Assembly: GCA_045863295.1 (NCBI GenBank)
Contig: BTWA01000003.1
Location: 1-64,000 of the forward strand
Reading direction: 5' to 3'
Length of the DNA stretch: 64,000 bases
Source of the DNA: Candidatus Hydrogenedentota bacterium
GTDB taxonomy: Bacteria; Hydrogenedentota; Hydrogenedentia; Hydrogenedentales; SLHB01
A program made the position numbers and the translations under genes. Position 1 is the stretch's first letter. The number at the start of each line of letters is the position of its first letter. Of the stretch, positions 55,835 through 64,000 are shown piece after piece. Below the pieces are notes generated by a model. That model had not been told where the DNA came from, did not search any database, and was given only the letters and a program-made list of their open reading frames with translations.

Positions 55835-57289
55835 GTGACCACGAATCGGCCAAACATCCTGCTCCTGATGACCGATCAGCAGCGATTCGATTCCCTGGGA
55901 TGCTATGGGGTCCCCTTTGCGAATACCCCCAATCTGGATCACATGGCCGCGCAGGGGGTGGTTTATCAAAACTGTTATGTCAACAATCCTATTTGCACCC
56001 CCTCCCGCGCAAGCTTGTTCACGGGAAAGCATCTTCCGCAGCACGGCGTATTGCGGCTGCACGACAATCTCTCCCACAGCGAAACGCTCTTCCCGGCCCG
56101 CCTGAAAGAACGCGGATACACGACAGCCCTGTTCGGCAAACTCCACGTCTCCGCAATGGATACCGAGGTCAACACGCGCCACCCCAAGGATGGCTTCGAT
56201 GTTTATGAACCGTGCCTCGAAGGTTGCATGCGCATGGACGCCCCCTATCAGGCGTATGCCCGCTGGCTGGAACAAAAAGATCCGGATTTCTACGCGCGTC
56301 TCAAATCGGAAGGGCGAAAACTACTGCATCCCCCGCGCCAATACCACATGACCCATTGGGCTGCGGAAAGAACCGTCGATTATCTCACCCAGCGCGCCGC
56401 TCAGCCCAATCAGCCGTTCTTCTGCATGATGAGTATTTTCGAACCACACAACCCCTACGAGCACTATCCCTTGGAAATGGCGGCCCTGGTAAAGGATGCC
56501 GCCATTCCAGATCCAGTTACAGCAGGTCTGAAAGACGAACCCAGCGGAATACAACGAGAACGCACACACTCGTATCTCGGTGACATCGGCACCATGTCGC
56601 CAGGCGTAATCCGGAAAATGCGCCACGGGTACCACGCCTCCGTGGCCTATGCCGACCTGGAATTCGGTCGTGTATTAACCACACTTCAAGAGACGGGAAT
56701 GGCTGAAAATACCTTGGTCATTTTCACCAGTGATCACGGCGACATGCTGGGCGATCATCAACTCCTTGTCAAAGGGGCCTACTTCTTCGATCCGAACGTG
56801 CGCGTGCCACTGATCCTTCGGTGGCCAAATGCGATCCCATCGGCGCGGAGAATCGAGCCGCTCGTGCAACTGCATGACCTGGCCGCGACCATTCTCTCCG
56901 CCGCAGGAGTGGAATCCTCGGAATTGGTGAGTGTCATGCCGGATGCATATAACCTGCTGCCATTGGCGACTGGTGAAGTGCGGTCTGTGCGCGACCACGC
57001 CGTGTGTTGTTACCGCAACTCGGGAATTCAATGCGGGGGTGAATACTGGAGTCCGCCCATAAACGCGACCATGCTGCGAAGCACACGGTACAAGTTGAAC
57101 GTGTGGCACGACTCAACAAACCAGGGCGAATTGTATGACATGACCCAGGATCCAATGGAACTAGACAATCTGTGGCACGACGAAACGGCGCGCACTGTAC
57201 GCGACTCCCTCACCCTTTCGTTGAGCCAGTGGCTGGCCGAACACGGGGAAACGGAACTGAACTGTGCAGGAATCAATGTCTGCGATTGA
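55835..57289 (+). CDS. Sulfatase (no signal peptide)
   Basis: RPNILLLMTDQQR, CTPSRASLFTG, GKLH, PHNP, SDHG. Confidence 0.93.
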   Translation: MTTNRPNILLLMTDQQRFDSLGCYGVPFANTPNLDHMAAQGVVYQNCYVNNPICTPSRASLFTGKHLPQHGVLRLHDNLSHSETLFPARLKERGYTTALFGKLHVSAMDTEVNTRHPKDGFDVYEPCLEGCMRMDAPYQAYARWLEQKDPDFYARLKSEGRKLLHPPRQYHMTHWAAERTVDYLTQRAAQPNQPFFCMMSIFEPHNPYEHYPLEMAALVKDAAIPDPVTAGLKDEPSGIQRERTHSYLGDIGTMSPGVIRKMRHGYHASVAYADLEFGRVLTTLQETGMAENTLVIFTSDHGDMLGDHQLLVKGAYFFDPNVRVPLILRWPNAIPSARRIEPLVQLHDLAATILSAAGVESSELVSVMPDAYNLLPLATGEVRSVRDHAVCCYRNSGIQCGGEYWSPPINATMLRSTRYKLNVWHDSTNQGELYDMTQDPMELDNLWHDETARTVRDSLTLSLSQWLAEHGETELNCAGINVCD

Positions 57290-58052
57290 TACGGAAAGCC
57301 AACCCGTCACGCAAGCGAAACCTTGGGGCCCATGGGCCACTATCGGATTCGGCATCGTGATAGCGGGCGCATTCTTGCTGACTCAAATGGTTGTGGTAGT
57401 CGCAGGTGCCGTTGTTGAGATTCTCCAGGGAAACGCATTGAACCCATATGAGTTTGGAGAACGGCTCGAAACCTCTGGCGATTTTCTCGCCATCGCAACG
57501 TTTGCGACCGTGCCTGTGGTTGTGGGCTTGTGCGTCGCGGCGGCGGCATTGAAAAAGGGAATCACCGTGCGTGAGTACCTTGGCCTCCACTGGGTTCCCG
57601 GAAAAGTAGCGATCAAATGGATTCTCGCCGTGTTCGCCTTCGCAATCTGCAGCGATTTGTTGTCATTCCTGCTGGGCCGCCCGATGATCCCGGACTTCAT
57701 GCGAACCGTCATTCAATCCACAACTTTCTTGCCGCTTTTGGCTGCCGCGCTAGTAGTCGCCGCACCACTTACCGAAGAGTTCTTTTTTCGCGGGTTCCTG
57801 TTCAAGGGTATGGAAAACACCCGGCTCCGCGGTGCAGGCACTGTAATCCTCACGTCCGTTCTTTGGGCGGTTATACACATACAATACGACTGGTACGGCG
57901 TCGTCACAATCATCGTCATCGGTCTTGTCATCGGGTCCGCCAGACATAAGACGAAGTCCGTCCCTCTGTGTATCGCCCTGCATAGCCTCGTCAATCTAAT
58001 TTCGACCGTTGAGTCCTACGTGCTTATGCAAATGCTGCCTCCTCCAGCCTGA
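57276..58052 (+). CDS. CPBP family intramembrane glutamic endopeptidase (CAAX protease-like)
   Basis: APLTEEFFFRG, WAVIH, ALHSLVN motifs and multiple TM helices. Confidence 0.9.
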   Translation: MSAIDTESQPVTQAKPWGPWATIGFGIVIAGAFLLTQMVVVVAGAVVEILQGNALNPYEFGERLETSGDFLAIATFATVPVVVGLCVAAAALKKGITVREYLGLHWVPGKVAIKWILAVFAFAICSDLLSFLLGRPMIPDFMRTVIQSTTFLPLLAAALVVAAPLTEEFFFRGFLFKGMENTRLRGAGTVILTSVLWAVIHIQYDWYGVVTIIVIGLVIGSARHKTKSVPLCIALHSLVNLISTVESYVLMQMLPPPA

Positions 58053-58141
58053 AGCTCAGCCGAAGGACTTGGCATGTTTTCAAGTTCATCCAGTGCGCAT
58101 TGGCGTAAGATATTGTAGATTCTAACGAAGGATATCTTCCT

Positions 58142-58756
58142 ATGCGGCTGTCTGGATGGAACATAACGGGATTCGTGGCACTGGGAATCGCGGCACTATT
58201 CTCCGTGGTTTTCCTGTGGATGGGATTTACTGAGGACGCGGTCCGTCTGCTTGTTCGCGATACCGCACGTATATCCGTCACGCTGTTCACTGCCTCGTTC
58301 ATCGCGTCCAGCATACACACACTCGTCCAACGCAGTTGGACCGCGTGGTTGATGCAAAACCGGCGCTATATCGGCGTGTCGTTCGCTACCGCGCACGCGG
58401 CCCACATGGCTTTGTTGGTCTGCCTTTACGTAAAGTTTCCACATCCATTCAGGGAGTATTTGGACGCAACAACCCTGATTGGAGGAGGCGTCGCCTATGC
58501 CGTTATCGCGCTCATGGCAATTACGTCATTCGACCGTACCGCCGGTCTGATTGGCCCGAGCGCGTGGAGCGCGCTACACACTTTTGGCGCGTACTACATT
58601 TGGATTCTCTTCGCCCAGGCGTACATTCCACGCGCAATCCGCGATCCCTTGTACATACCTATCACCGGAATGGTCATCCTCTCACTGGGTGTGCGAGCTG
58701 CGGCCTGGCGTGCCAAACGCGTTCACACTGCAGCCGAAAGAGCATCCGCCACGTAG
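58142..58756 (+). CDS. Ferric-reductase-like / MsrQ-like heme b membrane protein
   Basis: R.TAR, NRRYIGVSFA..H..H, TSFD, W..LH...YYIW. About 6 TM helices. Confidence 0.7.
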   Translation: MRLSGWNITGFVALGIAALFSVVFLWMGFTEDAVRLLVRDTARISVTLFTASFIASSIHTLVQRSWTAWLMQNRRYIGVSFATAHAAHMALLVCLYVKFPHPFREYLDATTLIGGGVAYAVIALMAITSFDRTAGLIGPSAWSALHTFGAYYIWILFAQAYIPRAIRDPLYIPITGMVILSLGVRAAAWRAKRVHTAAERASAT

Positions 58757-58773
58757 TCGGAAACCCCTGAGGC

Positions 58774-59325
58774 TCAATCATCAATAAGCGCCGCCTCTTT
58801 TAAGGAAATGGGCTTGTGCTTTTGGATGTCCACTGCCGACGCCCGCTGATTCGCATTAGGCTCGAATGCATCCACCAATGCCATCGTCACATCCACTCGC
58901 ACCGCGTTCGGATATTTCGCCAAGGTCGCATCGTCCCACTTCGACACCAACACCTCAACATTTGCCGCCTTTTGAATGTCCGGCAGCCTAGCCTCAATGT
59001 GTTTGAGTATGTCGTCCACAGGCGCAGTGCTGAATCCTTGCATGTGCAACTTCTTCTGACCTTCTTTTCCTTGACGTTCCAGTTCAGCCTTAAGCACGGA
59101 GTCCCCCGACTTTTTCGCCGCCTCGTAGTCCGCATGCAGCTTTTTGTTTAACTCGCCAAACACGTTTGACCCCGCATAGGCTATCGCCACAGATCGCGAG
59201 TCATAAATCCCAATTCGCGGGCCTCCTGCACCCTCGTCGGCACCCTGCACGGCGGGCTTGGTTCCGTCTGCCGCGCATCCACAGATCGCCAGTGTTAACA
59301 GGGTCGTCAATCCCAAGGTTCTCAT
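58774..59325 (-). CDS. Hypothetical lipoprotein, distantly Skp/OmpH-like
   Basis: Lipobox-like AICGC, RIGIYDS, helical middle, C-terminal VDVT..LV. Strong SD AAGGAGG. Confidence 0.65.
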   Translation of the reverse strand: MRTLGLTTLLTLAICGCAADGTKPAVQGADEGAGGPRIGIYDSRSVAIAYAGSNVFGELNKKLHADYEAAKKSGDSVLKAELERQGKEGQKKLHMQGFSTAPVDDILKHIEARLPDIQKAANVEVLVSKWDDATLAKYPNAVRVDVTMALVDAFEPNANQRASAVDIQKHKPISLKEAALIDD

Positions 59326-59362
59326 GTCGAAATCCTCCTTGGTTATTGCAGTTTATATGTAT

Positions 59363-59391
59363 ACTGTATAAGATCATCTTAAAATTGTCAA
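59363..59391 (-). promoter_or_regulatory. Near-consensus sigma-70 promoter with palindromic operator in the spacer
   Basis: Minus strand TTGACA-N17-TACAGT. Perfect palindrome TAAGAT-N-ATCTTA at 59369-59381. Confidence 0.7.
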
Positions 59392-59475
59392 CGGCCTAGG
59401 GCTAAGAAGTGGCAATTTCAGAAAAACACCCCCATATCTTCCATAAAGCACTTAAAATAAATACGTTGCGTTAAA

Positions 59476-60054
59476 TCATCCAAGAATATCAGACAGCTGG
59501 TTTCGCAATTCAGCGGCATCCCGGGCCACACCGGCACGCCCACTGAATGATCGCTCCAGACTGGCCGCGTTCTCACCGTCCACTAACGCCGTTCCAAGAA
59601 ATAGTATTACGGGTCGCCCATAATCGACCGCCAACTCAAGTTCGCTCCGGGTACCGGACTCCCCCGGAAGAACGACGATCACAGCGGGTGTCAGCACATT
59701 GATATGGTTGCGGCTGAGTAGGTCCTTGCCTTGCCTACCGCTCAATGGCAGGTGTGTGAAGATGGGGAGTTCAACGAACTCATTGGGGCCTCTCGCGGTG
59801 TACGTCCGGCTGGAACTGGATGAGTCCCACCGGCTTTCTCCACGAATAACACCTATGGACAAACCGGCTCGAAGAGGCACACAAACAAACGCCTTCGCGA
59901 CAGCAGCCATCACCCCGCCTCCGCCCCCGGTCAAAAGGTCGCAGCCCAACTCACCAATGACACGACCGGCTTCCTCCGACAAAGCCTGGTGAGCGTCTGT
60001 TCCCGATCCCATGACCCCAACAACACGCCGACGCAATACTGGATTAATTGTCAT
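59476..60054 (-). CDS. LOG/SLOG family protein (molybdenum cofactor carrier-like)
   Basis: GVMGSG, LLTGGGGGVM, SRNHIN, LPGESGTRSE (PGxxGTxxE). Confidence 0.85.
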   Translation of the reverse strand: MTINPVLRRRVVGVMGSGTDAHQALSEEAGRVIGELGCDLLTGGGGGVMAAVAKAFVCVPLRAGLSIGVIRGESRWDSSSSSRTYTARGPNEFVELPIFTHLPLSGRQGKDLLSRNHINVLTPAVIVVLPGESGTRSELELAVDYGRPVILFLGTALVDGENAASLERSFSGRAGVARDAAELRNQLSDILG

Positions 60055-60104
60055 ATCTACACTCCGCTTGAGTTATTGACTTCGCTACCTCTACCATCGC
60101 CTTT

Positions 60105-62447
60105 ATGCCGACCCGCTCACGTGCAATCGCGACACTCTTATTCTACTGCGGCTACGCAGGGTTCACAGCGCCCGCCGAATCCTTGTACGTGTCCCCGGAT
60201 GGCCACGACACGAATCCGGGGTCCGAAGACCGGCCATTTGCCTCCATCGATCGCGCCCGGGATGAAATCCGTATGCGAAAACAAGACCAAAGAGCGTCTT
60301 TCACCGTATTTCTGCGTGCCGGCACGTATCGTGTAAATTCGCCCGTCGTGTTTGATGAATCCGACTCAGGTTCCGAGAGTCATCCCGTTACATACCGCAA
60401 CTACGAGGGGGAACAACCAGTCGTATCCGGTTGCCTGCCAATAATAGGCTGGACGCCTCATCAAAACGGAATCTTGAAGGCGGCACTTCCGCAAATCGAA
60501 CGCGTGAAGGATGGAGTGATCCAAGTTTTTGAAGACAGTGTCCCGGGAACGCTCGCCCGATCGCCTAACGAAGGTTGGTTCCGGCTGGCCGATCCGCACA
60601 TCGAACCTGGATGGTCTTTCAGGTACAAAGACGGCGATTTCGATCCCTCGGGGATGGATGTCTCGCAGCTAGCCGTGCATCTTATCCAGATGGGCACCTA
60701 TTTTTCGGAACACATCCCCATCAAATGCGTCGATGCAACGGCCCGGCGGTTGCACACAGAGTTTAAGATGCACGACGCGTTCTACAATCCGGTGAATGGA
60801 AAGTGCTACACAATTGAGAACGCGCTCGGACTGCTGGATGCGCCCGGTGAGTTCTTCGCGGATCGGCAGTCAAAGATCCTCTATTACATGCCCATGGCCA
60901 ACGGCAAGGCCAACGCAAACATCGTTGCGGACACCGCCGCAGGCTTGATTCGTGTCCAAGGCAAAGACAAGGACAACCCGGCGCACGACATCTCTTTTGA
61001 GGGCATACAATTTGAAGGAAGCCGGACGCAATTGGCCTTGCTGCACACCCTCCGCATTGCCGTGCGGGACTGCAGGTTTCTTTACGCGGGCGACTCGGCG
61101 ATCTCCATCAGCGGCGGATCAACATTCAACACGGTGGAAGGCTGTGAAATTGCAGGCCCCGGCAATAATGGCATTGCCATTCACGGCGAGTACACGCGCT
61201 CCGAAACGGGACCGGCCACGGTACACAATCATCACCACACCATATATGACAACCATATTCACCATGTCGGCCGCAACACAATTACTGGCTGCGGCATCGC
61301 CATGTACTCCTCGGCGAACGACAATTCGATCACGCACAACCTGATTACCGATGCACCCAAATCCGGCATTATTATGTTTTCCATGTGGGATATCCCCCGC
61401 GAACTCGGCATCATGAACAATAACGCCATCGCAAATAACGAAATCGCGCGCTGCGTCAGCAGTTCATGGGACGGAGGCGCCTTCTACATCGGCGCAACCA
61501 CCGAAAACAACAGGTTCGAAAACAACCGCATCTGCGATGTCTGGTCCTGGTTCAACGCGACATGGCCACAGCCCGAGGATCGTCCCGAAGACGTCTGCTC
61601 GATCGACTTTGATCCCGGTATGACGTTTAACACGCACATCCGCAATAACGCCGCCTTCGGCGCAAATGCCATGATCGTCGAATTCGGTCGATACGAAGAC
61701 GAAACAATGCTTGAAAACAACTATTTTGAATCACCCGGCCATCCAGACGAAATCCTCGTTAATGGCAAATGGGAGAAGAATCCACGTTTCGACGCTTCCA
61801 AAGTCGCTCCAGATATCGGCCTGACCACTCAATACAAATTCCTTTACCCCAAAGAGATCATCCGCCCGATCAATCTGCCGGTTCGCTGTGGATTCGAAGG
61901 TACGCTGAGTCCGTTCTACCTCTATCGTTACTCGGACGGCCTCCGCCATGAGTACATCGCAAACTCGAATGTTCACGCCGGCGGCTGGACCCTGCAAATC
62001 GACAAGGATGTCGTCGTCGCGCGCTACACACACCCACAACCCATCCCGGCAAAGGTGACCGTCTGGATGTACGACGACCGATCGAAGACCAACGCTACAT
62101 GCACAGCCACCCTGCGCGGCCCCGCGGCAATTGAAGAAGCAGTAATTGCACTCGGAGTACACGGTTCCATTTCCCCAAGCTACTACGTGGTCCAGGAATG
62201 GCAAGATCGCATAACCCCAACCGCAATTCCGCGCACCACCGGATGGCACAAACTAACATTTGACATCCACGAAACGGATCATCACAACTCAACTCCCCAC
62301 AACCTGCCAATTACAGAAATCTCCCTCGACGACAAGCCCGTCGCGCAAATCCCCACATTCAAGTCGTTCACCACGATCGACCTCGGCGATTCGCAATTCA
62401 ATACCGACAGCCGTGGATTACGCTTTGACTCGGTATCGGTGGAATAA
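60105..62447 (+). CDS. Secreted right-handed parallel beta-helix protein (pectate lyase/GH141-like)
   Basis: YVSPDG.D.NPGS..RPFASI.RARD, LRAGTY, EN...LLDAPGEF and many N.I..N.I repeats. Confidence 0.82.
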   Translation: MPTRSRAIATLLFYCGYAGFTAPAESLYVSPDGHDTNPGSEDRPFASIDRARDEIRMRKQDQRASFTVFLRAGTYRVNSPVVFDESDSGSESHPVTYRNYEGEQPVVSGCLPIIGWTPHQNGILKAALPQIERVKDGVIQVFEDSVPGTLARSPNEGWFRLADPHIEPGWSFRYKDGDFDPSGMDVSQLAVHLIQMGTYFSEHIPIKCVDATARRLHTEFKMHDAFYNPVNGKCYTIENALGLLDAPGEFFADRQSKILYYMPMANGKANANIVADTAAGLIRVQGKDKDNPAHDISFEGIQFEGSRTQLALLHTLRIAVRDCRFLYAGDSAISISGGSTFNTVEGCEIAGPGNNGIAIHGEYTRSETGPATVHNHHHTIYDNHIHHVGRNTITGCGIAMYSSANDNSITHNLITDAPKSGIIMFSMWDIPRELGIMNNNAIANNEIARCVSSSWDGGAFYIGATTENNRFENNRICDVWSWFNATWPQPEDRPEDVCSIDFDPGMTFNTHIRNNAAFGANAMIVEFGRYEDETMLENNYFESPGHPDEILVNGKWEKNPRFDASKVAPDIGLTTQYKFLYPKEIIRPINLPVRCGFEGTLSPFYLYRYSDGLRHEYIANSNVHAGGWTLQIDKDVVVARYTHPQPIPAKVTVWMYDDRSKTNATCTATLRGPAAIEEAVIALGVHGSISPSYYVVQEWQDRITPTAIPRTTGWHKLTFDIHETDHHNSTPHNLPITEISLDDKPVAQIPTFKSFTTIDLGDSQFNTDSRGLRFDSVSVE

Positions 62448-62784
62448 CGCTGAATCCATTCTGGTGTGTCTTGCGATTAGCAAGAATCGGTACGCTCGAA
62501 GTGACAATGTTCTGTACATGAATTGTTCAATATCTGATATTTACGCGGAGAACACGGTCTCGACTGGGTTTTCCGGGGCCGTCGGCCGGGCTCTCCGGTG
62601 GCGGTCCTGCAGCCTTGAGGGTTTGGCAGTCTCAATTGCGTACCTCCCCGCCATGGTGCCGTTACTATCGTGCGTAGCAACCGGCGCTTTATTTCGTGCA
62701 CATATTCGCAAATTGAAATAGTGGTGCAAGGTCGCCTAAACTACCCCTTTTACAACCCCCTCCCCCTATAAGGAGTCTCGTGCT

Positions 62785-63873
62785 GTGGAACAACGGGTCT
62801 TTAATTTCTCGGCAGGCCCCGGCGGATTGCCACTAGCCGCCCTGGAAGAAGCGCAACGCAACTTGCTCGTACTGCCCGGCGCAGGCGCGTCTGTCATGGA
62901 AATCAGCCACCGTGGCAAGGAGTACATGGCTGTCCATGCCCAAGCTATCGCAAACATTAAGTCTCTTTTGAATGTGCCTGACAATTACAAGATTTTGTTC
63001 ATGCAAGGCGGCGCTACGCTTCAGTTCGCCGCCATCGCCATGAATTTCCTGAAGGGCGGCTCCGCGGACTACATTCATACCGGCGCATGGGCCAAGAAGG
63101 CCATCGGCGAAGGAAAAAAGTTTGGCGTCGCCAGCGTCGTTTGGGACAACAAACCCGACAACTACAACCGCTGCCCGAAACAAGACGAACTCAAACTCGA
63201 TGCCAATGCGGCCTACCTGCACTTCACCTCGAACGAAACCATTGGCGGGGTCGAGTTCCAGACTGAGCCGGATTCCGGAGCGGTACCGCTATTCTGCGAT
63301 GCCTCCTCCGATATCCTCTCCAAGCCGCTCGATATCGCTAAATACGGCCTACTCTATGCGGGAGCCCAGAAGAATATGGGGCCCGCGGGAGTTGCTCTCG
63401 TGATTATTCGGGAAGACCTGCTGGAAAAATGCCCGGACTCTATCCCCGATGTGCTCAACTACAAGTTGACGGCCGAAAACGACTCCATGCTGAACACGCC
63501 CCCCTGCTTCGCCATCTACATGGTCATGTTGACCACGAAGTGGTTGATCAATGACATTGGCGGACTCGACAAAATGCTCGAACTCAACCGAAAGAAGGCT
63601 AAGCTCATTTATGACGTCATTGATGGCAGCAATGGCTTCTACAAAGGACATGCCGTGCCGGAATACCGCTCGCTCATGAACGTTACGTTCACCCTGCCCG
63701 ACGAAGCCCTGGAAAAGGCCTTCATCGACGGAGCAACAAAGGCCGGTATGCACGGACTGAAGGGCCACCGCTCGGTGGGAGGATGTCGTGCGTCCATCTA
63801 TAATGCCATGCCACTCGCGGGCGCCGAGACCTTGGCAAGCTATATGAAGGACTATGCCCAGGCCAAGGGATAG
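62785..63873 (+). CDS. serC: Phosphoserine aminotransferase
   Basis: FNFSAGP, SVMEISHR, QGGATLQF, TGAW, NETIGG, DASS, YAGAQKNMGPAG, SMLNTPP, RSLMNV, GHRSVGG.RASIYNAM. Confidence 0.98.
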   Translation: MEQRVFNFSAGPGGLPLAALEEAQRNLLVLPGAGASVMEISHRGKEYMAVHAQAIANIKSLLNVPDNYKILFMQGGATLQFAAIAMNFLKGGSADYIHTGAWAKKAIGEGKKFGVASVVWDNKPDNYNRCPKQDELKLDANAAYLHFTSNETIGGVEFQTEPDSGAVPLFCDASSDILSKPLDIAKYGLLYAGAQKNMGPAGVALVIIREDLLEKCPDSIPDVLNYKLTAENDSMLNTPPCFAIYMVMLTTKWLINDIGGLDKMLELNRKKAKLIYDVIDGSNGFYKGHAVPEYRSLMNVTFTLPDEALEKAFIDGATKAGMHGLKGHRSVGGCRASIYNAMPLAGAETLASYMKDYAQAKG

Positions 63874-63920
63874 GCGTGGCTCCGGCATTCCGACACGTGC
63901 AGACAAACCCGCATTCGATG

Positions 63921-63954
63921 AAAGGCCCCTGAAAACTCAGGGGCCTTCTTTTTT
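63921..63954 (+). terminator. Rho-independent terminator after serC
   Basis: AAGGCCCCTGA-AAAC-TCAGGGGCCTT followed by CTTTTTT. Confidence 0.88.
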
Positions 63955-64000
63955 CAGGAACAACGGCTTCCCGCGATAACAGTCTATATGGCTTCAAGTA

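Noticed and set aside
57276..58052. CPBP/Abi protein as phage defence or as sortase for the giant surface protein
   Set aside because: Generic CPBP motifs, coupled to a sulfatase gene, with no supporting context.
1..64000. tRNA, rRNA, prophage, transposase, toxin-antitoxin or recognised defence genes
   Set aside because: No supporting motifs were seen by eye. tRNAscan/Infernal/DefenseFinder would be needed to exclude them formally.

Overview
GC-rich bacterial chromosomal window with about 39 protein-coding genes. I saw no rRNA, tRNA, CRISPR array, transposase or phage genes. Housekeeping genes are ppk1, leuS, sat and serC. Most of the rest is a secreted or periplasmic glycan- and sulfate-ester-degrading repertoire: Tat-exported Gfo/Idh/MocA oxidoreductases, DUF1080, three CxPxR sulfatases, GH5-like, GH2-N-like, Asp-box and beta-helix proteins, and a PSD1/cytochrome c + DUF1501 pair. 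Eukaryote-like signalling is present as two Hanks kinases and an FHA-GAF sigma-54 activator. This gene content suggests a PVC-like or Candidatus Hydrogenedentes-like organism (inference only). The most notable items are: (1) a six-gene DUF1800-DUF1501-ECF sigma-zinc anti-sigma operon bracketed by two paralogous membrane proteins, where only DUF1800 has an export signal; (2) a low-GC 1.9-kaa surface protein with 12 NHL repeats and a tandem active/inactive clan-CD (C13/caspase-like) protease pair; (3) a 223-bp TTAG-flanked MITE-like element with nested inverted repeats; (4) a candidate structured leader RNA upstream of a zinc-ribbon membrane protein; (5) sat followed by a COG3379-like alkaline-phosphatase-superfamily gene; (6) several REP-like short repeat families. 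All family calls come from motif recognition by eye, and no database searches were run.
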